A DNA stretch of 64,000 nt from a virus. A program made the translations under genes and the position numbers. The DNA is taken from IMG/VR virus record IMGVR_UViG_3300035696_000019, positions 1-64,000 of that record. One strand, given 5' to 3'. Shown here piece after piece: positions 29,347-38,546 of the stretch. The notes beneath the pieces were generated by a model. It did not search any database, was not told the DNA's origin, and saw only the letters and a program-made list of their open reading frames with translations. How positions within the stretch are numbered: position 1 is the stretch's first letter; each line of letters starts with the position of its first letter.

Positions 29347-31002
29347 TTAATCAGCGTTATCCGTCTCTTTGGATAGCTCTCGATCCGAGGTCTTTTGCAG
29401 CGTTTGACTTGCCTGTCCCTCGGGACTGTTCGGGTCGATCAGCGTCGGATCAACCGGCCAGTCTTTCAGCTCGGCTTGCATCTTGGCGAGCAAATCCTTC
29501 GCCAATTGCGGGAACAGCTTGTCGATGACGGTCTGCATTTGCTGACGGCGCACCGTGTCCGGCGCTTCGATCAGCATCAGACGAGCGGCGATGTCGAATT
29601 CGTCGTAAAGCCCGCGCGTGTCGAAATTGCGCGGATACTCCACATAGCAGTCGTCACTGCCGGCAAATTCGCTCTCGCCATTCCACAGCGCGACGAGCTT
29701 ACTGATGCGGCTCTCGATGGATTCCAGACTTTCCGCCTTGGCCGCCAACAGAGCGTTCACTCGCTCGAAGTCATAGGCTTTGGCTACGCCACTGGAATTG
29801 TCGATCCCCAGCGCGTTGTCCTGTTTGGTGCGCTCGCCCGCCAGGCCAACGGTGTGATAAATCTCGTTGATGATCTTGTTGATGACGCCCAGAATGATCT
29901 GCGCCTGTTTCACGTCCGGCGACAGATAGAAGGGGGCCGCCCCACCCTCGCCGTCGTAGAGAAACACACGCTTGGTGCCCATCTCCAACAGCTTGGTGTA
30001 GTTGTCTTCGCCAGGTAGCACGTTTTGCGCCGGCATGGCGAGTTGCGAATAGGTCTGATCCTGAATGATCGCGTCGAGGTTGGACAGGTAGTTCGCCGAG
30101 GCACGATCGAGATAGGCGATGTCGTCAATCAGCGCCGGAGTGACATACAACTCCTCACTGATGATGTTGTCAGCCAGAATCAACGGCACCACGCCCAGGT
30201 CGTGCTCGCGGTAATCAACAAGCTGAATCGTCTTGGCTTTCTTCGGCCCCTGCACTTCCTCGTAAAGCTGCCAGTCGGTGCGTGTCCACAACCGATACTG
30301 CTCGCGTTGCTTCCCGGTGCTGGTCATCGGGTCTTGGTCGTCGCGCTTCACTTCCGCGATCAATGCCCACAGCAGGTCGCCACTGTCGTCATAGGCATAG
30401 TCGAGCAACTGCTGCGGCGTGACGATGTAGGCATAGGTCTTGAAGTTCTGGATTGCTTCATCGGCGCGCGACACCACCGGCCCCTCGGCGGTGTTGTCCA
30501 CAATGATGCCAATGCGACCGTAAATGGAGCACTTCTTGGAAACCTGCTTGGCGAAATCCTTGATCGACAGCCCGGTGCGCGTAGACGCCTTCCAGAAGGT
30601 TTTAACGCTCTGCGGCGCATCGGTGTCGTTGCGCACAATCTCCTGCTTGAACAGGTATTTGTTCAGCAGGTCAACCACCTCACGACTGTGGTTGAAGCGA
30701 TAGGCGCGATTCAGACGGTCGGCGTATTCCTGATCGCCTTCCTTGATGTAGCGGAAAATGTTGTTGGGGAACCAGTCGCGCCCGCCTTCGTAGGTCTTTT
30801 CCAGAAAGGCCCAATGGTCGATGTGTGTCCTGTAATCGGGGTGGCGTCGCTCAATCAGATGGCGCAATTTCTTCTGGTCGCCATCCAGCGCCACTGGCAT
30901 CCGAGGATTCAGCAGCGGGTCGTTCGGGTCGATGGTAAAACTCTCGCCCGGCGTAAACGGAGGGGTTGCGGTCGGTCGTTCCATAGGCTGATTATCAGTC
31001 AC
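29347..31002 (-). CDS. portal protein
   Basis: 551 aa after TerL; HPDY..W..YEGG, HDLGVVP, SGVAKAYDF. Confidence 0.88.
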   Translation of the reverse strand: MTDNQPMERPTATPPFTPGESFTIDPNDPLLNPRMPVALDGDQKKLRHLIERRHPDYRTHIDHWAFLEKTYEGGRDWFPNNIFRYIKEGDQEYADRLNRAYRFNHSREVVDLLNKYLFKQEIVRNDTDAPQSVKTFWKASTRTGLSIKDFAKQVSKKCSIYGRIGIIVDNTAEGPVVSRADEAIQNFKTYAYIVTPQQLLDYAYDDSGDLLWALIAEVKRDDQDPMTSTGKQREQYRLWTRTDWQLYEEVQGPKKAKTIQLVDYREHDLGVVPLILADNIISEELYVTPALIDDIAYLDRASANYLSNLDAIIQDQTYSQLAMPAQNVLPGEDNYTKLLEMGTKRVFLYDGEGGAAPFYLSPDVKQAQIILGVINKIINEIYHTVGLAGERTKQDNALGIDNSSGVAKAYDFERVNALLAAKAESLESIESRISKLVALWNGESEFAGSDDCYVEYPRNFDTRGLYDEFDIAARLMLIEAPDTVRRQQMQTVIDKLFPQLAKDLLAKMQAELKDWPVDPTLIDPNSPEGQASQTLQKTSDRELSKETDNAD

Positions 31003-31020
31003 TCATGACTTACATGTCAA

Positions 31021-32265
31021 TTAACGCGAAAGGCCGCCAATTTGCACCTTGCGCACCGGGAATTCCAATTCGATGCAGTAACCACCCGCGTCAGCGGAGT
31101 GTTCCACGCCGGCTTTCTTGTCTACATCGCGCGAACCCTTGAGATAAAGCGTCTGCTCCAGTGCATTGATGAACGCCTTGCAACGCTCGTCAATGCGCAA
31201 CCGAGCGTGACCGTTGGCATCTTTCAGCATGCGATTCATCGCATTGACGCGATCCGCCACCGCCGGATGCTTGCGTCGGTATTTGATGCGCTTAAACCCT
31301 TTCTCGCGCAAAATATCCAAGTCGGTTTCCCCGCGCGCATGCTGACGTTGGCCGCCCGCCGGGTCGGGGTAAATGGTGATCTGTTTCTGGTATTTCCAAT
31401 AACGCTTATCCAGTTCGTCGCAAATCTCCTCGGTGTTGGAGGAATACAGCACGACTTCATCCACCGCCCACACTTCGCCATTGGGTTGCGGCTGGAAGAT
31501 GACCGTGGACATTGGGTCGATGTTGAAGTCCATCCCTACCCAAATCGGCAGCGTCGGATTGAAGGGGTATTGCCCCACATGCACATTGCGATCGAATGGG
31601 TAATACACGCGACCCGACATAACCTCGAAGGATGCGTTGAACTCCTGATTGAAGGACTTCTCATCCATATCGGCGCGCGCAGCTTCAATTTCCGCCTTGG
31701 GGATGAAGGGCGAAGTGATCGTGGGGAACTGCCAGGACTCCCACTCGCCGCGCGCGACCGCGAGTGCGTCTTGCCCCTTTTTAAACACATCGTATAATAG
31801 GTTATAAGCTTTTGGCGTCCCAATGAAGATGGCGTGTCCGCCGGTATCCGCCAGCGTGGGGCGCAGCACCTTATACCATGTCTCCTCACTCATGTCCTGA
31901 AACTCGTCCAGCACAAGAAAGTGAATCCCCACCCCGCGCAGCGAGTCCGGTTTGTCGGCGCCTTTCAGCTCGATGCGTGTGCCGTTAAGCAACACGATCG
32001 CCATGTGAGTCTCATTGACACTCTTGATCCACTTGGTGGGGATCGTGTCTTTGATGTCGTTCCACATGATCTGCTTGGCCATCTTGTAGGTCGGCGCCAC
32101 ATACCAGATTTTGCGCTTGGGCATCCGGGCGAACTTGATGATCAGCACTTTCGAAAGCTGACTTTTTCCCCACCTGCGTCCCGCCACCACCACGCGAAAA
32201 CGCGCGCGCGACTTGAACACCTCCATCTGTTTCGGGTGCAGGGAAAGGCTGACACGCTCCGCCAT
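31021..32265 (-). CDS. terL: terminase large subunit
   Basis: Walker A VAGRRWGKS, LRG, Walker B LVLDE, GTPK, nuclease GMDFN...HSADA. Confidence 0.95.
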   Translation of the reverse strand: MAERVSLSLHPKQMEVFKSRARFRVVVAGRRWGKSQLSKVLIIKFARMPKRKIWYVAPTYKMAKQIMWNDIKDTIPTKWIKSVNETHMAIVLLNGTRIELKGADKPDSLRGVGIHFLVLDEFQDMSEETWYKVLRPTLADTGGHAIFIGTPKAYNLLYDVFKKGQDALAVARGEWESWQFPTITSPFIPKAEIEAARADMDEKSFNQEFNASFEVMSGRVYYPFDRNVHVGQYPFNPTLPIWVGMDFNIDPMSTVIFQPQPNGEVWAVDEVVLYSSNTEEICDELDKRYWKYQKQITIYPDPAGGQRQHARGETDLDILREKGFKRIKYRRKHPAVADRVNAMNRMLKDANGHARLRIDERCKAFINALEQTLYLKGSRDVDKKAGVEHSADAGGYCIELEFPVRKVQIGGLSR

Positions 32266-32951
32266 TACTCCTCCACTACGGCGTCGTCATCGTCTTCCGG
32301 CGACAGATCGTCACTCGCCTCACTCACCGGCGCTTCGTCGTCGTAAAGCGAGAAGGAGCGGTTTTGCAATGCCTCGACCTGGTTGGCGGTCAACTCGGAA
32401 ATCACCAGTTCGGGGATGGTCTGCACATCGACGGCATCCGGGCGATCCAGGCCCAGCACGACATAGCGTTCGTTACGACAGGTGGTCAACACCTTCGCTG
32501 CGGCTTCCAGTGACTTGAGGTTGGGGAGAATGGTCGAGAGCGCATCGCCACGATTGCGACAATCCATCACCTCTTTCCAGGTGATCATGGTCAGATTGCG
32601 CGCCATCGAGTAGTGCTGTTCCTTGGTTTCCTTGATGCGCTCCGTCAGCAGACTGGCTTCCATCGCTGCGGCTTTGGCATTCGCCTTCGCCACCGCATCC
32701 TTCACTTCAGCCGCGCGTGAGGCGCGCTTGACGCCGCGCACCTTGAAATGTCGTGACAGCGTGCTCTTGGACACACCGAATTTCGCCATCAGGTCAGTGA
32801 GCTTCATGTCGCCGGACTCCCACAGTGCCTCGACTTCCGCCCATTGCCGCATCGTCAGATGCTTGCGCTTGTCCGTTTTCGCTCTGGCCCGACGCCGCAG
32901 CTTGATGGGCGGCTTGGCGGCCTCGGAAGATTCGGGGACTTCGGTGGTCAT
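32265..32951 (-). CDS. terS: terminase small subunit
   Basis: N-terminal HTH (LMAKFGVSKSTLSRHF); directly upstream of TerL. Confidence 0.7.
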   Translation of the reverse strand: MTTEVPESSEAAKPPIKLRRRARAKTDKRKHLTMRQWAEVEALWESGDMKLTDLMAKFGVSKSTLSRHFKVRGVKRASRAAEVKDAVAKANAKAAAMEASLLTERIKETKEQHYSMARNLTMITWKEVMDCRNRGDALSTILPNLKSLEAAAKVLTTCRNERYVVLGLDRPDAVDVQTIPELVISELTANQVEALQNRSFSLYDDEAPVSEASDDLSPEDDDDAVVEE

Positions 32952-33055
32952 GCGGTCATCCTTTTGGCAAAAAAAATGGGCGTCGGAGACGGACGCCCTG
33001 GGGAACCGGGATTAATTGGTTACAGAGCGCAATCTACCTCAACAACTCAAAATAA

Positions 33056-33472
33056 TCAAGTCACTAGTGACTTACCGTGCGAACAACAGAAAGAAAGCGC
33101 GTAATCAAGCGCAGCGCACGCCGCATGGTCTTCGACAGCAAACGGTATGGTTTCATACAATTGGCACGCGTATTCGAAGACGCAGCTCCATCCCTGACGG
33201 TTCTTATCGCGCTGTCGGATCAACATTCCGTTGATTCCGATGCTTTCCAGCGTTTCGATCGAGGCGGCGGCATCTTCACACCAATCCGGCGCCAGAGCGA
33301 AGTCGTCCGCGTCCGTGAATGCGGCGGTGCCCCACATCAGCACCGTGTCGTCCTGAATTTCCGTCCGATATCCGAGTCTATTGGCAATGGACGCGTTCAT
33401 CCGGGGGCCGACGCTGAATCCTTTCCCGATAACCACGGGGCGGGAAATTTCCCGCGTAAGTTTTAAAAACAT
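33056..33472 (-). CDS. hypothetical protein
   Basis: 138-aa ORF; NASIANRLG...PDWCED..AA, weakly NinX/ABA-sandwich-like. Confidence 0.55.
   Translation of the reverse strand: MFLKLTREISRPVVIGKGFSVGPRMNASIANRLGYRTEIQDDTVLMWGTAAFTDADDFALAPDWCEDAAASIETLESIGINGMLIRQRDKNRQGWSCVFEYACQLYETIPFAVEDHAACAALDYALSFCCSHGKSLVT
33058..33073. promoter_or_regulatory. perfect palindromic operator upstream of the terminase operon
   Basis: AAGTCACTAGTGACTT. Confidence 0.8.
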
Positions 33473-33539
33473 ACTTAAACCTTAAAAGTATTTGTATTTA
33501 TATATACGGTGGGGAGGGGAATTTTACCCACCCCATGCC

Positions 33540-33899
33540 TCAGTCGTTGAACTCCAGAACCACGTCGGAGAGATCGGTTATTTCCATCTCCACGGGAGTC
33601 GATTTCACCAATCGTTTCAGAACATGCTCGGTCGCCGGAGTAATTCCCGCGGTCATGATCGAGCGACCGGTCACGGTTATTTCCACAATGCGTCGCGCGG
33701 TATGGTTACGCGAGGTCAGGTCGCCAAACTTCACCAGCCCGCGCTCCACCAGAAACCCCAGAGAGCAGCGCAATGCCTGGCGTGACGGCTTATAGGGCAG
33801 CGCCCCGCACAACTGCGGAATATCCATCGGGGTGCCATCCGGGTTGCCCTTGTGCAAGGTCTGCAAAATGGCGATCTGTTTGTAGCTTAGAGAGCGCAT
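33540..33899 (-). CDS. winged-helix DNA-binding protein
   Basis: LSYKQIAIL...SRQALRCSLGFLVERGLV...ITVTG. Confidence 0.7.
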   Translation of the reverse strand: MRSLSYKQIAILQTLHKGNPDGTPMDIPQLCGALPYKPSRQALRCSLGFLVERGLVKFGDLTSRNHTARRIVEITVTGRSIMTAGITPATEHVLKRLVKSTPVEMEITDLSDVVLEFND

Positions 33900-34789
33900 A
33901 GCTTCTCCAGATCAAGTGGCTGGTCGGTGGGTTGATTGTCGAACGCCAGCAAGGGCAGTCGTTCAGGCAACGCGCGTTCGAAATCCGGGTTCTTGTAAGC
34001 ACCATACAGCGGCGCGGCAAGCACCAATTGTTGCAAGCTCTTGATCAGTTCGCCCGGCGTCTTGGCGGCCACACGCTCGCGGCTGTTGAAGCGGTTATTG
34101 CCGGATTTTTCGCGCGCCGAATGGTCGTAATACCACTTGTGCAACTCTTTCAGACAACGCTCGCGCACGGCGGGAGAAAACGAATCCAGTTCCTCCAGCA
34201 GTTCCACATAGTCCGCCGGATTGCCGTCGAACCAGCGACGGAATACTTCAAGCCCATGCTCGTAATAGGTTGACCGCTCCGGCTCGCCAAACTTGACGCC
34301 TGCCTTCAAGGCGAACGGATTGATGCGCGACATCGAGGACTGGAATTCGAGGATCTTAAACCCGGACATACGCATGGCGAGATTTTGCAGACGATAGGCG
34401 ACACCCACGCTGCGAAACACCGGATCAACCACGATGCGCGAATTGACACGAATCAGGCGATTGATCAGGTGGGCGCGATAGCTGTTGACGAGCTTGTTGT
34501 CCATGCCGTTCCGGTTGGGACACAACCAGGGAAACATTTTGTTGCGCGCGCGACTGGTTAATCCCGGCACAGACATGATACTGACGCCGATCAGCTTTTC
34601 GCCCATCTTGCAGCGGAAGAACAGCGGCCCGACGCCGAGTTTGCCTTCCTTGTAGTGCAATTCGTGCAACTGGTTCCAGTCTTCTACTGTTCCACGCTCA
34701 ACAATCATCCGCTCCAGCAATGAAAAGCGGTATTGCTCGGGCGGGGAGACGCGCTCGACGCGCCATTCAGCATTGTCAGTGATGATCAC
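33887..34789 (-). CDS. GNAT/Mom-like acyltransferase
   Basis: LHELHY, and SRIVVDPVFRSVGVAY (acetyl-CoA-binding motif A), MSRINPF..KAG. Confidence 0.75.
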   Translation of the reverse strand: MIITDNAEWRVERVSPPEQYRFSLLERMIVERGTVEDWNQLHELHYKEGKLGVGPLFFRCKMGEKLIGVSIMSVPGLTSRARNKMFPWLCPNRNGMDNKLVNSYRAHLINRLIRVNSRIVVDPVFRSVGVAYRLQNLAMRMSGFKILEFQSSMSRINPFALKAGVKFGEPERSTYYEHGLEVFRRWFDGNPADYVELLEELDSFSPAVRERCLKELHKWYYDHSAREKSGNNRFNSRERVAAKTPGELIKSLQQLVLAAPLYGAYKNPDFERALPERLPLLAFDNQPTDQPLDLEKLCAL

Positions 34790-35181
34790 GACTTATCCTT
34801 TTTGGCGCGCAGGAATGGTGCAAAATGCGCGTAAAGCGTATCGAGCAGATAGCAGAATGTTTCACGGTTGCCTTCGCCCGTTTCTACGCCGGCTCGATCC
34901 AGCACATCGAAGGTGCAATGGGCCAGTTCGTGAATCAGCGTCGTGCGATTGTGACCAAAGACGCCAATCAACCCGACGGCGCCCTGCTCGTTCTCGAAGT
35001 AACTGGTGACACCCAGGTTGCCGGTCAAGTCCGGCGCTGGGCGCTCTACGCGGTTCAGTCGGCGGAGTTCGGCATGCGCGGCCAGAAAGGCTTTTCGACC
35101 GGTCGCCATATAAATGTGCCCACCAAAGATCGGCACATGCAGATGCGGGAGCGATTCAAATGGATGAGGTTTTTTAGCCAT
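34786..35181 (-). CDS. HExxH-motif protein
   Basis: TLIHELAH...ETFCYL. Confidence 0.6.
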   Translation of the reverse strand: MAKKPHPFESLPHLHVPIFGGHIYMATGRKAFLAAHAELRRLNRVERPAPDLTGNLGVTSYFENEQGAVGLIGVFGHNRTTLIHELAHCTFDVLDRAGVETGEGNRETFCYLLDTLYAHFAPFLRAKKDKS

Positions 35182-35187
35182 GATGGT

Positions 35188-35295
35188 TCACGCGAAGTCG
35201 TCAAAGTCATCGTCGGCACCCTGTCGGTAATACGCCGCGATAAGACAGATAAGTATCAATGCGGGCAATCCACCCACGGCGAAAAGTCCGATCAT
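35188..35295 (-). CDS. 35-aa membrane peptide with acidic tail
   Basis: Manual translation MIGLFAVGGLPALILICLIAAYYRQGADDDFDDFA; fills the gap and overlaps the upstream stop. Confidence 0.5.
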   Translation of the reverse strand: MIGLFAVGGLPALILICLIAAYYRQGADDDFDDFA

Positions 35296-35594
35296 TTACC
35301 ACCTCTCATCAGTGCTAGCAGTTCATCCGGCGCGAGTAATCCCTCAACGCGCAATGTCGTTTGGCCCTTTTCGATGCGCAGCATCGCGGGCGTCCGGTTG
35401 ACGCGCCAGGCGTTTGTCCACGCCTGCCCGATTTCCATCTCGTCGATCAATACAACAGGAAGGTCGTGAAAGCGATCTGCCCAATGTTGCTGGCCGGCAT
35501 GCCAACTCTGATAAACCAACACAAACACCGGAGCTTGTTTGGAAGGCTCAATTACGTCGTGATGGAAATTGATGAGGTTGGTTTTCTGGCTCAT
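35292..35594 (-). CDS. thioredoxin-fold protein lacking CxxC
   Basis: FHHDVIEPSKQAPVFVLVYQSW...WRVNRTPAML..KG; the active-site cysteines are absent. Confidence 0.55.
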   Translation of the reverse strand: MSQKTNLINFHHDVIEPSKQAPVFVLVYQSWHAGQQHWADRFHDLPVVLIDEMEIGQAWTNAWRVNRTPAMLRIEKGQTTLRVEGLLAPDELLALMRGGK

Positions 35595-36241
35595 GTCGGC
35601 TCCTCGGCGCGCACCACGGACACCTTCTCGCGGTAGCGTTTGACGATGGTCAAGTTGGGACACAGGTCTTGCACCATGTCACTGTGCGTGGTTGCCACCA
35701 TGAGCGTGACGCCCAACTGTCGCGCCATCTTTTGCAGCGTGCCGGAAATGGCTTTGGCGCAATCGCGGTCGAGCACGGCGCAGAACTCATCCGCGACCCA
35801 CACCTGAGCGCCGGACTCGATCAGTTTCGCCAACTTGAGGCGGTAGAGCTGGCCGTCGGAAAGCTGATCCGGCGTGCGCAGGAACAGGTAGGCATCATTC
35901 ACGCCCGTGCGCGTCAGGAAGTCACTAGCCTCCTTCATGTTATTGCCCAACTGGTCGATCACCGGCAGGTTGTAATTGAGCTTGACGGTATCCAGGTTGG
36001 CGACCTGCAAGCCTTCTGCCTGCATCTGTTTCGCCAGTTCGCGCAGCGCAATGGATTTGCCGGAGCCGGACTCGCCTGTGATGTAGACCACATCGCCGGG
36101 ATTGACCTCGATCTGAGCCGCGTCATAAACCACGAACTCACGATCATCCAGCCCCAGGCCGAACATTTCTGCCACCTCCAGAGTGCGCGGCGTGCGCTTG
36201 ACGCGCGTGTGAAAGCGTTTGTCGAGGGTGTAGACGGTCAT
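35591..36241 (-). CDS. stand-alone ABC-family ATPase
   Basis: GESGSGKS, LSDGQ, VADEF, TTH; no permease nearby. Confidence 0.9.
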   Translation of the reverse strand: MTVYTLDKRFHTRVKRTPRTLEVAEMFGLGLDDREFVVYDAAQIEVNPGDVVYITGESGSGKSIALRELAKQMQAEGLQVANLDTVKLNYNLPVIDQLGNNMKEASDFLTRTGVNDAYLFLRTPDQLSDGQLYRLKLAKLIESGAQVWVADEFCAVLDRDCAKAISGTLQKMARQLGVTLMVATTHSDMVQDLCPNLTIVKRYREKVSVVRAEEPT

Positions 36242-36714
36242 GACAGCAGCCCTCCCGTCCGTTTCTCGTTCCGCATCACATCGCGGATCAATGCGACAAT
36301 GTGTGGATCGATGGGCACATCAAGCGGATTGATGATATTGACGACGCTGGATTCGTCAGACTCACGCTTCGTCTCTTGCGGCACGGGGTGGTTAAGGCAT
36401 TCGAAGTGGTCGCGCAACACATGCTCAAAGGCTTCGCCCACCGAATCGAAATGCTTGCCGTCAACTTCACAGCCTTTTTGATGCATCATTGGGCCGCCGC
36501 CGATTTTGCAGGCGAATTCGCTCAGATCCGGCTTGGGCGTCCGTTGGATCAGATCATTGTTATGGCTCAATTCATGCAGCCAGTCGTCGGGCAGCGGCGT
36601 GCCGGCTTTGGCATAGCGCAGCATGGCGTGCAAGATTTCATACTGCCGTTCCAGCAGGAAGGTATGACGGGAGCGCAAGCCAAGGGGCGGTTTATTCAGA
36701 TTCATATATGTCAC
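36238..36714 (-). CDS. hypothetical protein
   Basis: KPPLGL...EILHAMLRY...W..EL domain common in phages. Confidence 0.6.
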   Translation of the reverse strand: MTYMNLNKPPLGLRSRHTFLLERQYEILHAMLRYAKAGTPLPDDWLHELSHNNDLIQRTPKPDLSEFACKIGGGPMMHQKGCEVDGKHFDSVGEAFEHVLRDHFECLNHPVPQETKRESDESSVVNIINPLDVPIDPHIVALIRDVMRNEKRTGGLLS

Positions 36715-36728
36715 TCGTGACTTTTTTA

Positions 36729-37382
36729 TCAGGCCGCCAAAATGCCACTGATGAATTGGATGAAGGCTTCGGCGGGCGGAAGGCCGGAGTCGGATTCGAT
36801 TTGCGCCATGAAGCGTGTCAGCACGCGCTGGTGACGCGCGGCAATCTTCTTGAAGCCAAACACCTTGTCGATGGCGATTTCCTTTTCGTCGGTCGCTTCG
36901 ATGTCGGCGGCAGTGGCGTGCTCCTGCTCGGATACCGAACTCATGATGTCGAACGCCAGAGCGTCTTCGTTGATTTCGGTCAGATCGGCCTCCATGAAGG
37001 CCAGTTCCTTGTCGTCAAAGATGCCCTGCATGCTGAGTTCCAGCGAGGCCAGTTCCTCTTGCAGCATCAGAGTATCAATGGCGGATTCCGCTACGCGGTT
37101 ATCGGCCAGGCGCGCGGCCTTCACCTCCGCCGGCGTCAGGTTGTCGCGCACCCACACCGGCACCTCGGTCAGACCAAGAGAGATCGCCGCCAGACGGCGA
37201 CCATGCCCACCAATAATGACGCCATCCTTATCGACGGAGATGACGCTTGTCCAGCCAAACCGCTTGATCGACTCCGCGATCTTCTGCACCTGCGCCTTGT
37301 CGTGCTTTTTGACATTCTTTTCATAAGGGATCAGCCGATCAATCGGCCATTTTTGGATATTCAGTTCAATCTTGCTCATCAT
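36729..37382 (-). CDS. ParB/Srx N-terminal domain protein
   Basis: LIPYEKN...SIKRFGW...IIGGHGRRLAA...RLADNR. Confidence 0.9.
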   Translation of the reverse strand: MMSKIELNIQKWPIDRLIPYEKNVKKHDKAQVQKIAESIKRFGWTSVISVDKDGVIIGGHGRRLAAISLGLTEVPVWVRDNLTPAEVKAARLADNRVAESAIDTLMLQEELASLELSMQGIFDDKELAFMEADLTEINEDALAFDIMSSVSEQEHATAADIEATDEKEIAIDKVFGFKKIAARHQRVLTRFMAQIESDSGLPPAEAFIQFISGILAA

Positions 37383-37551
37383 AATCTCCGAGAAAATCGC
37401 GGAATTCAGCCAGCGTCATGCTGCGTTCGCTCTCATCGCCGGAAGGGATGAGCGTGAAATGAAAGGCGTTGTAGCACTGGGTGCAAAGACGCCGATCCAG
37501 TTCGGCGTTGATACAATCAACGCATTGCGGGAAGTAGCCGGGCTTGCTCAT
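37366..37551 (-). CDS. small Cys-rich (Zn-binding) protein
   Basis: CVDC...CTQC. Confidence 0.55.
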   Translation of the reverse strand: MSKPGYFPQCVDCINAELDRRLCTQCYNAFHFTLIPSGDESERSMTLAEFRDFLGDYDEQD

Positions 37552-37559
37552 ACCGTCTC

Positions 37560-37925
37560 TCACGCGATCTTGCAGGGGATGGTCGCATCTTCGTTGAGTA
37601 GATACACGGCGCAAACGCGGTGGTATCCGTCAGCGATGACAAGTCGATCATTATCGGTGCGAACCAGCAGGATGGGCGATAGCGGCTTGCCCTGCTCGAT
37701 CTTGCGCAGGTTCTTCCTGACGTGCGCGTTGGCTTCATCCAGTCGCGGCTCTTTTGAGGCGCGCAGAATGTCTTTCGCCTTGAACTCGGACATGTCTACA
37801 AGGCGCAGCAGGTTCGTCAGTGCCTCGGCTTTGGTGAGTGACATCAGCAACGACAGAAAATCTTGCGCTGCGGGATAGTCGTGGTCTTCCGGCTCGGGCA
37901 GCCAGGTGGGTTCGCGTTGTGACAT
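37560..37925 (-). CDS. ParB/Srx-like protein
   Basis: PILLVR...IADGYHRVCA. Start at MSQREP. Confidence 0.75.
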   Translation of the reverse strand: MSQREPTWLPEPEDHDYPAAQDFLSLLMSLTKAEALTNLLRLVDMSEFKAKDILRASKEPRLDEANAHVRKNLRKIEQGKPLSPILLVRTDNDRLVIADGYHRVCAVYLLNEDATIPCKIA

Positions 37926-37929
37926 CAGA

Positions 37930-38286
37930 TCACACTCCGACAGGTTGCGCGACCGCGCGGACAAGCGCCATGATGCCCGTCTGGATGTCGGTCTTGCCAA
38001 CTTCCGCCCATCGCAGCGGCTCGGCTGCGATGAAGCGTCGAAACTCCTGACATTCGTCGGTGGCGCCACTCCACTCGTCATAGGGATAGCCGTTCGGCTT
38101 TTTCTGACCCCACACCGACGTGCGCGCGGCGGACAGCTTCATTTCGTGGTCGGTGGAGAGACGACCGACCAGTTCAGCCTGCAAGTTCAGCAACTCTCTG
38201 CCGGCGGTCTTGATGCGGTTCATCAGGTCGATTTCTTCTCGACTCAGCTCGCGATAGCCATCAATTTTGCGATGTTGGTTTTCCAT
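37930..38286 (-). CDS. acb2: anti-CBASS cyclic-oligonucleotide sponge, Acb2 homolog
   Basis: MENQHRKIDGYRELSREEIDLMNRIK...AEPLRWAEVGKTDIQTGIMALVRAVAQP matches the Acb2 N- and C-terminal signatures as I recall them. Confidence 0.88.
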   Translation of the reverse strand: MENQHRKIDGYRELSREEIDLMNRIKTAGRELLNLQAELVGRLSTDHEMKLSAARTSVWGQKKPNGYPYDEWSGATDECQEFRRFIAAEPLRWAEVGKTDIQTGIMALVRAVAQPVGV

Positions 38287-38294
38287 TACGATGT

Positions 38295-38546
38295 TCACTC
38301 CGGCTTTGGCCGGCGTCCTTGTGTGTGCCAGTGGAATGCGTGCCAATCAACCTCGCCACCGCAGTGCTGACAACGGTAGTGACGCGGATGGCCGAGGTAA
38401 TTGGCCGACGACTCAACCGGCGCGAATTCGTGATACGCGCAGCCGTTGAGTCTTGCCTGATTGAGCTTGACCGACCCGGCCAGCGATAGCAGTTCATCGC
38501 GTGGCAGCCCCGTCAAGGCGGTGAGCGTGTCAAGGCTGTCGCTCAT
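38295..38546 (-). CDS. small Zn-ribbon protein
   Basis: CAYH...CQHCGG. Confidence 0.6.
   Translation of the reverse strand: MSDSLDTLTALTGLPRDELLSLAGSVKLNQARLNGCAYHEFAPVESSANYLGHPRHYRCQHCGGEVDWHAFHWHTQGRRPKPE

Noticed and set aside
17154-32346. Many long plus-strand ORFs over the structural genes
   Set aside because: Antisense shadows typical of GC-rich coding DNA; the minus-strand genes have clear motifs.
35591-36241. ABC transporter
   Set aside because: No permease or substrate-binding gene; context points to a soluble ATPase partnered with the GNAT.
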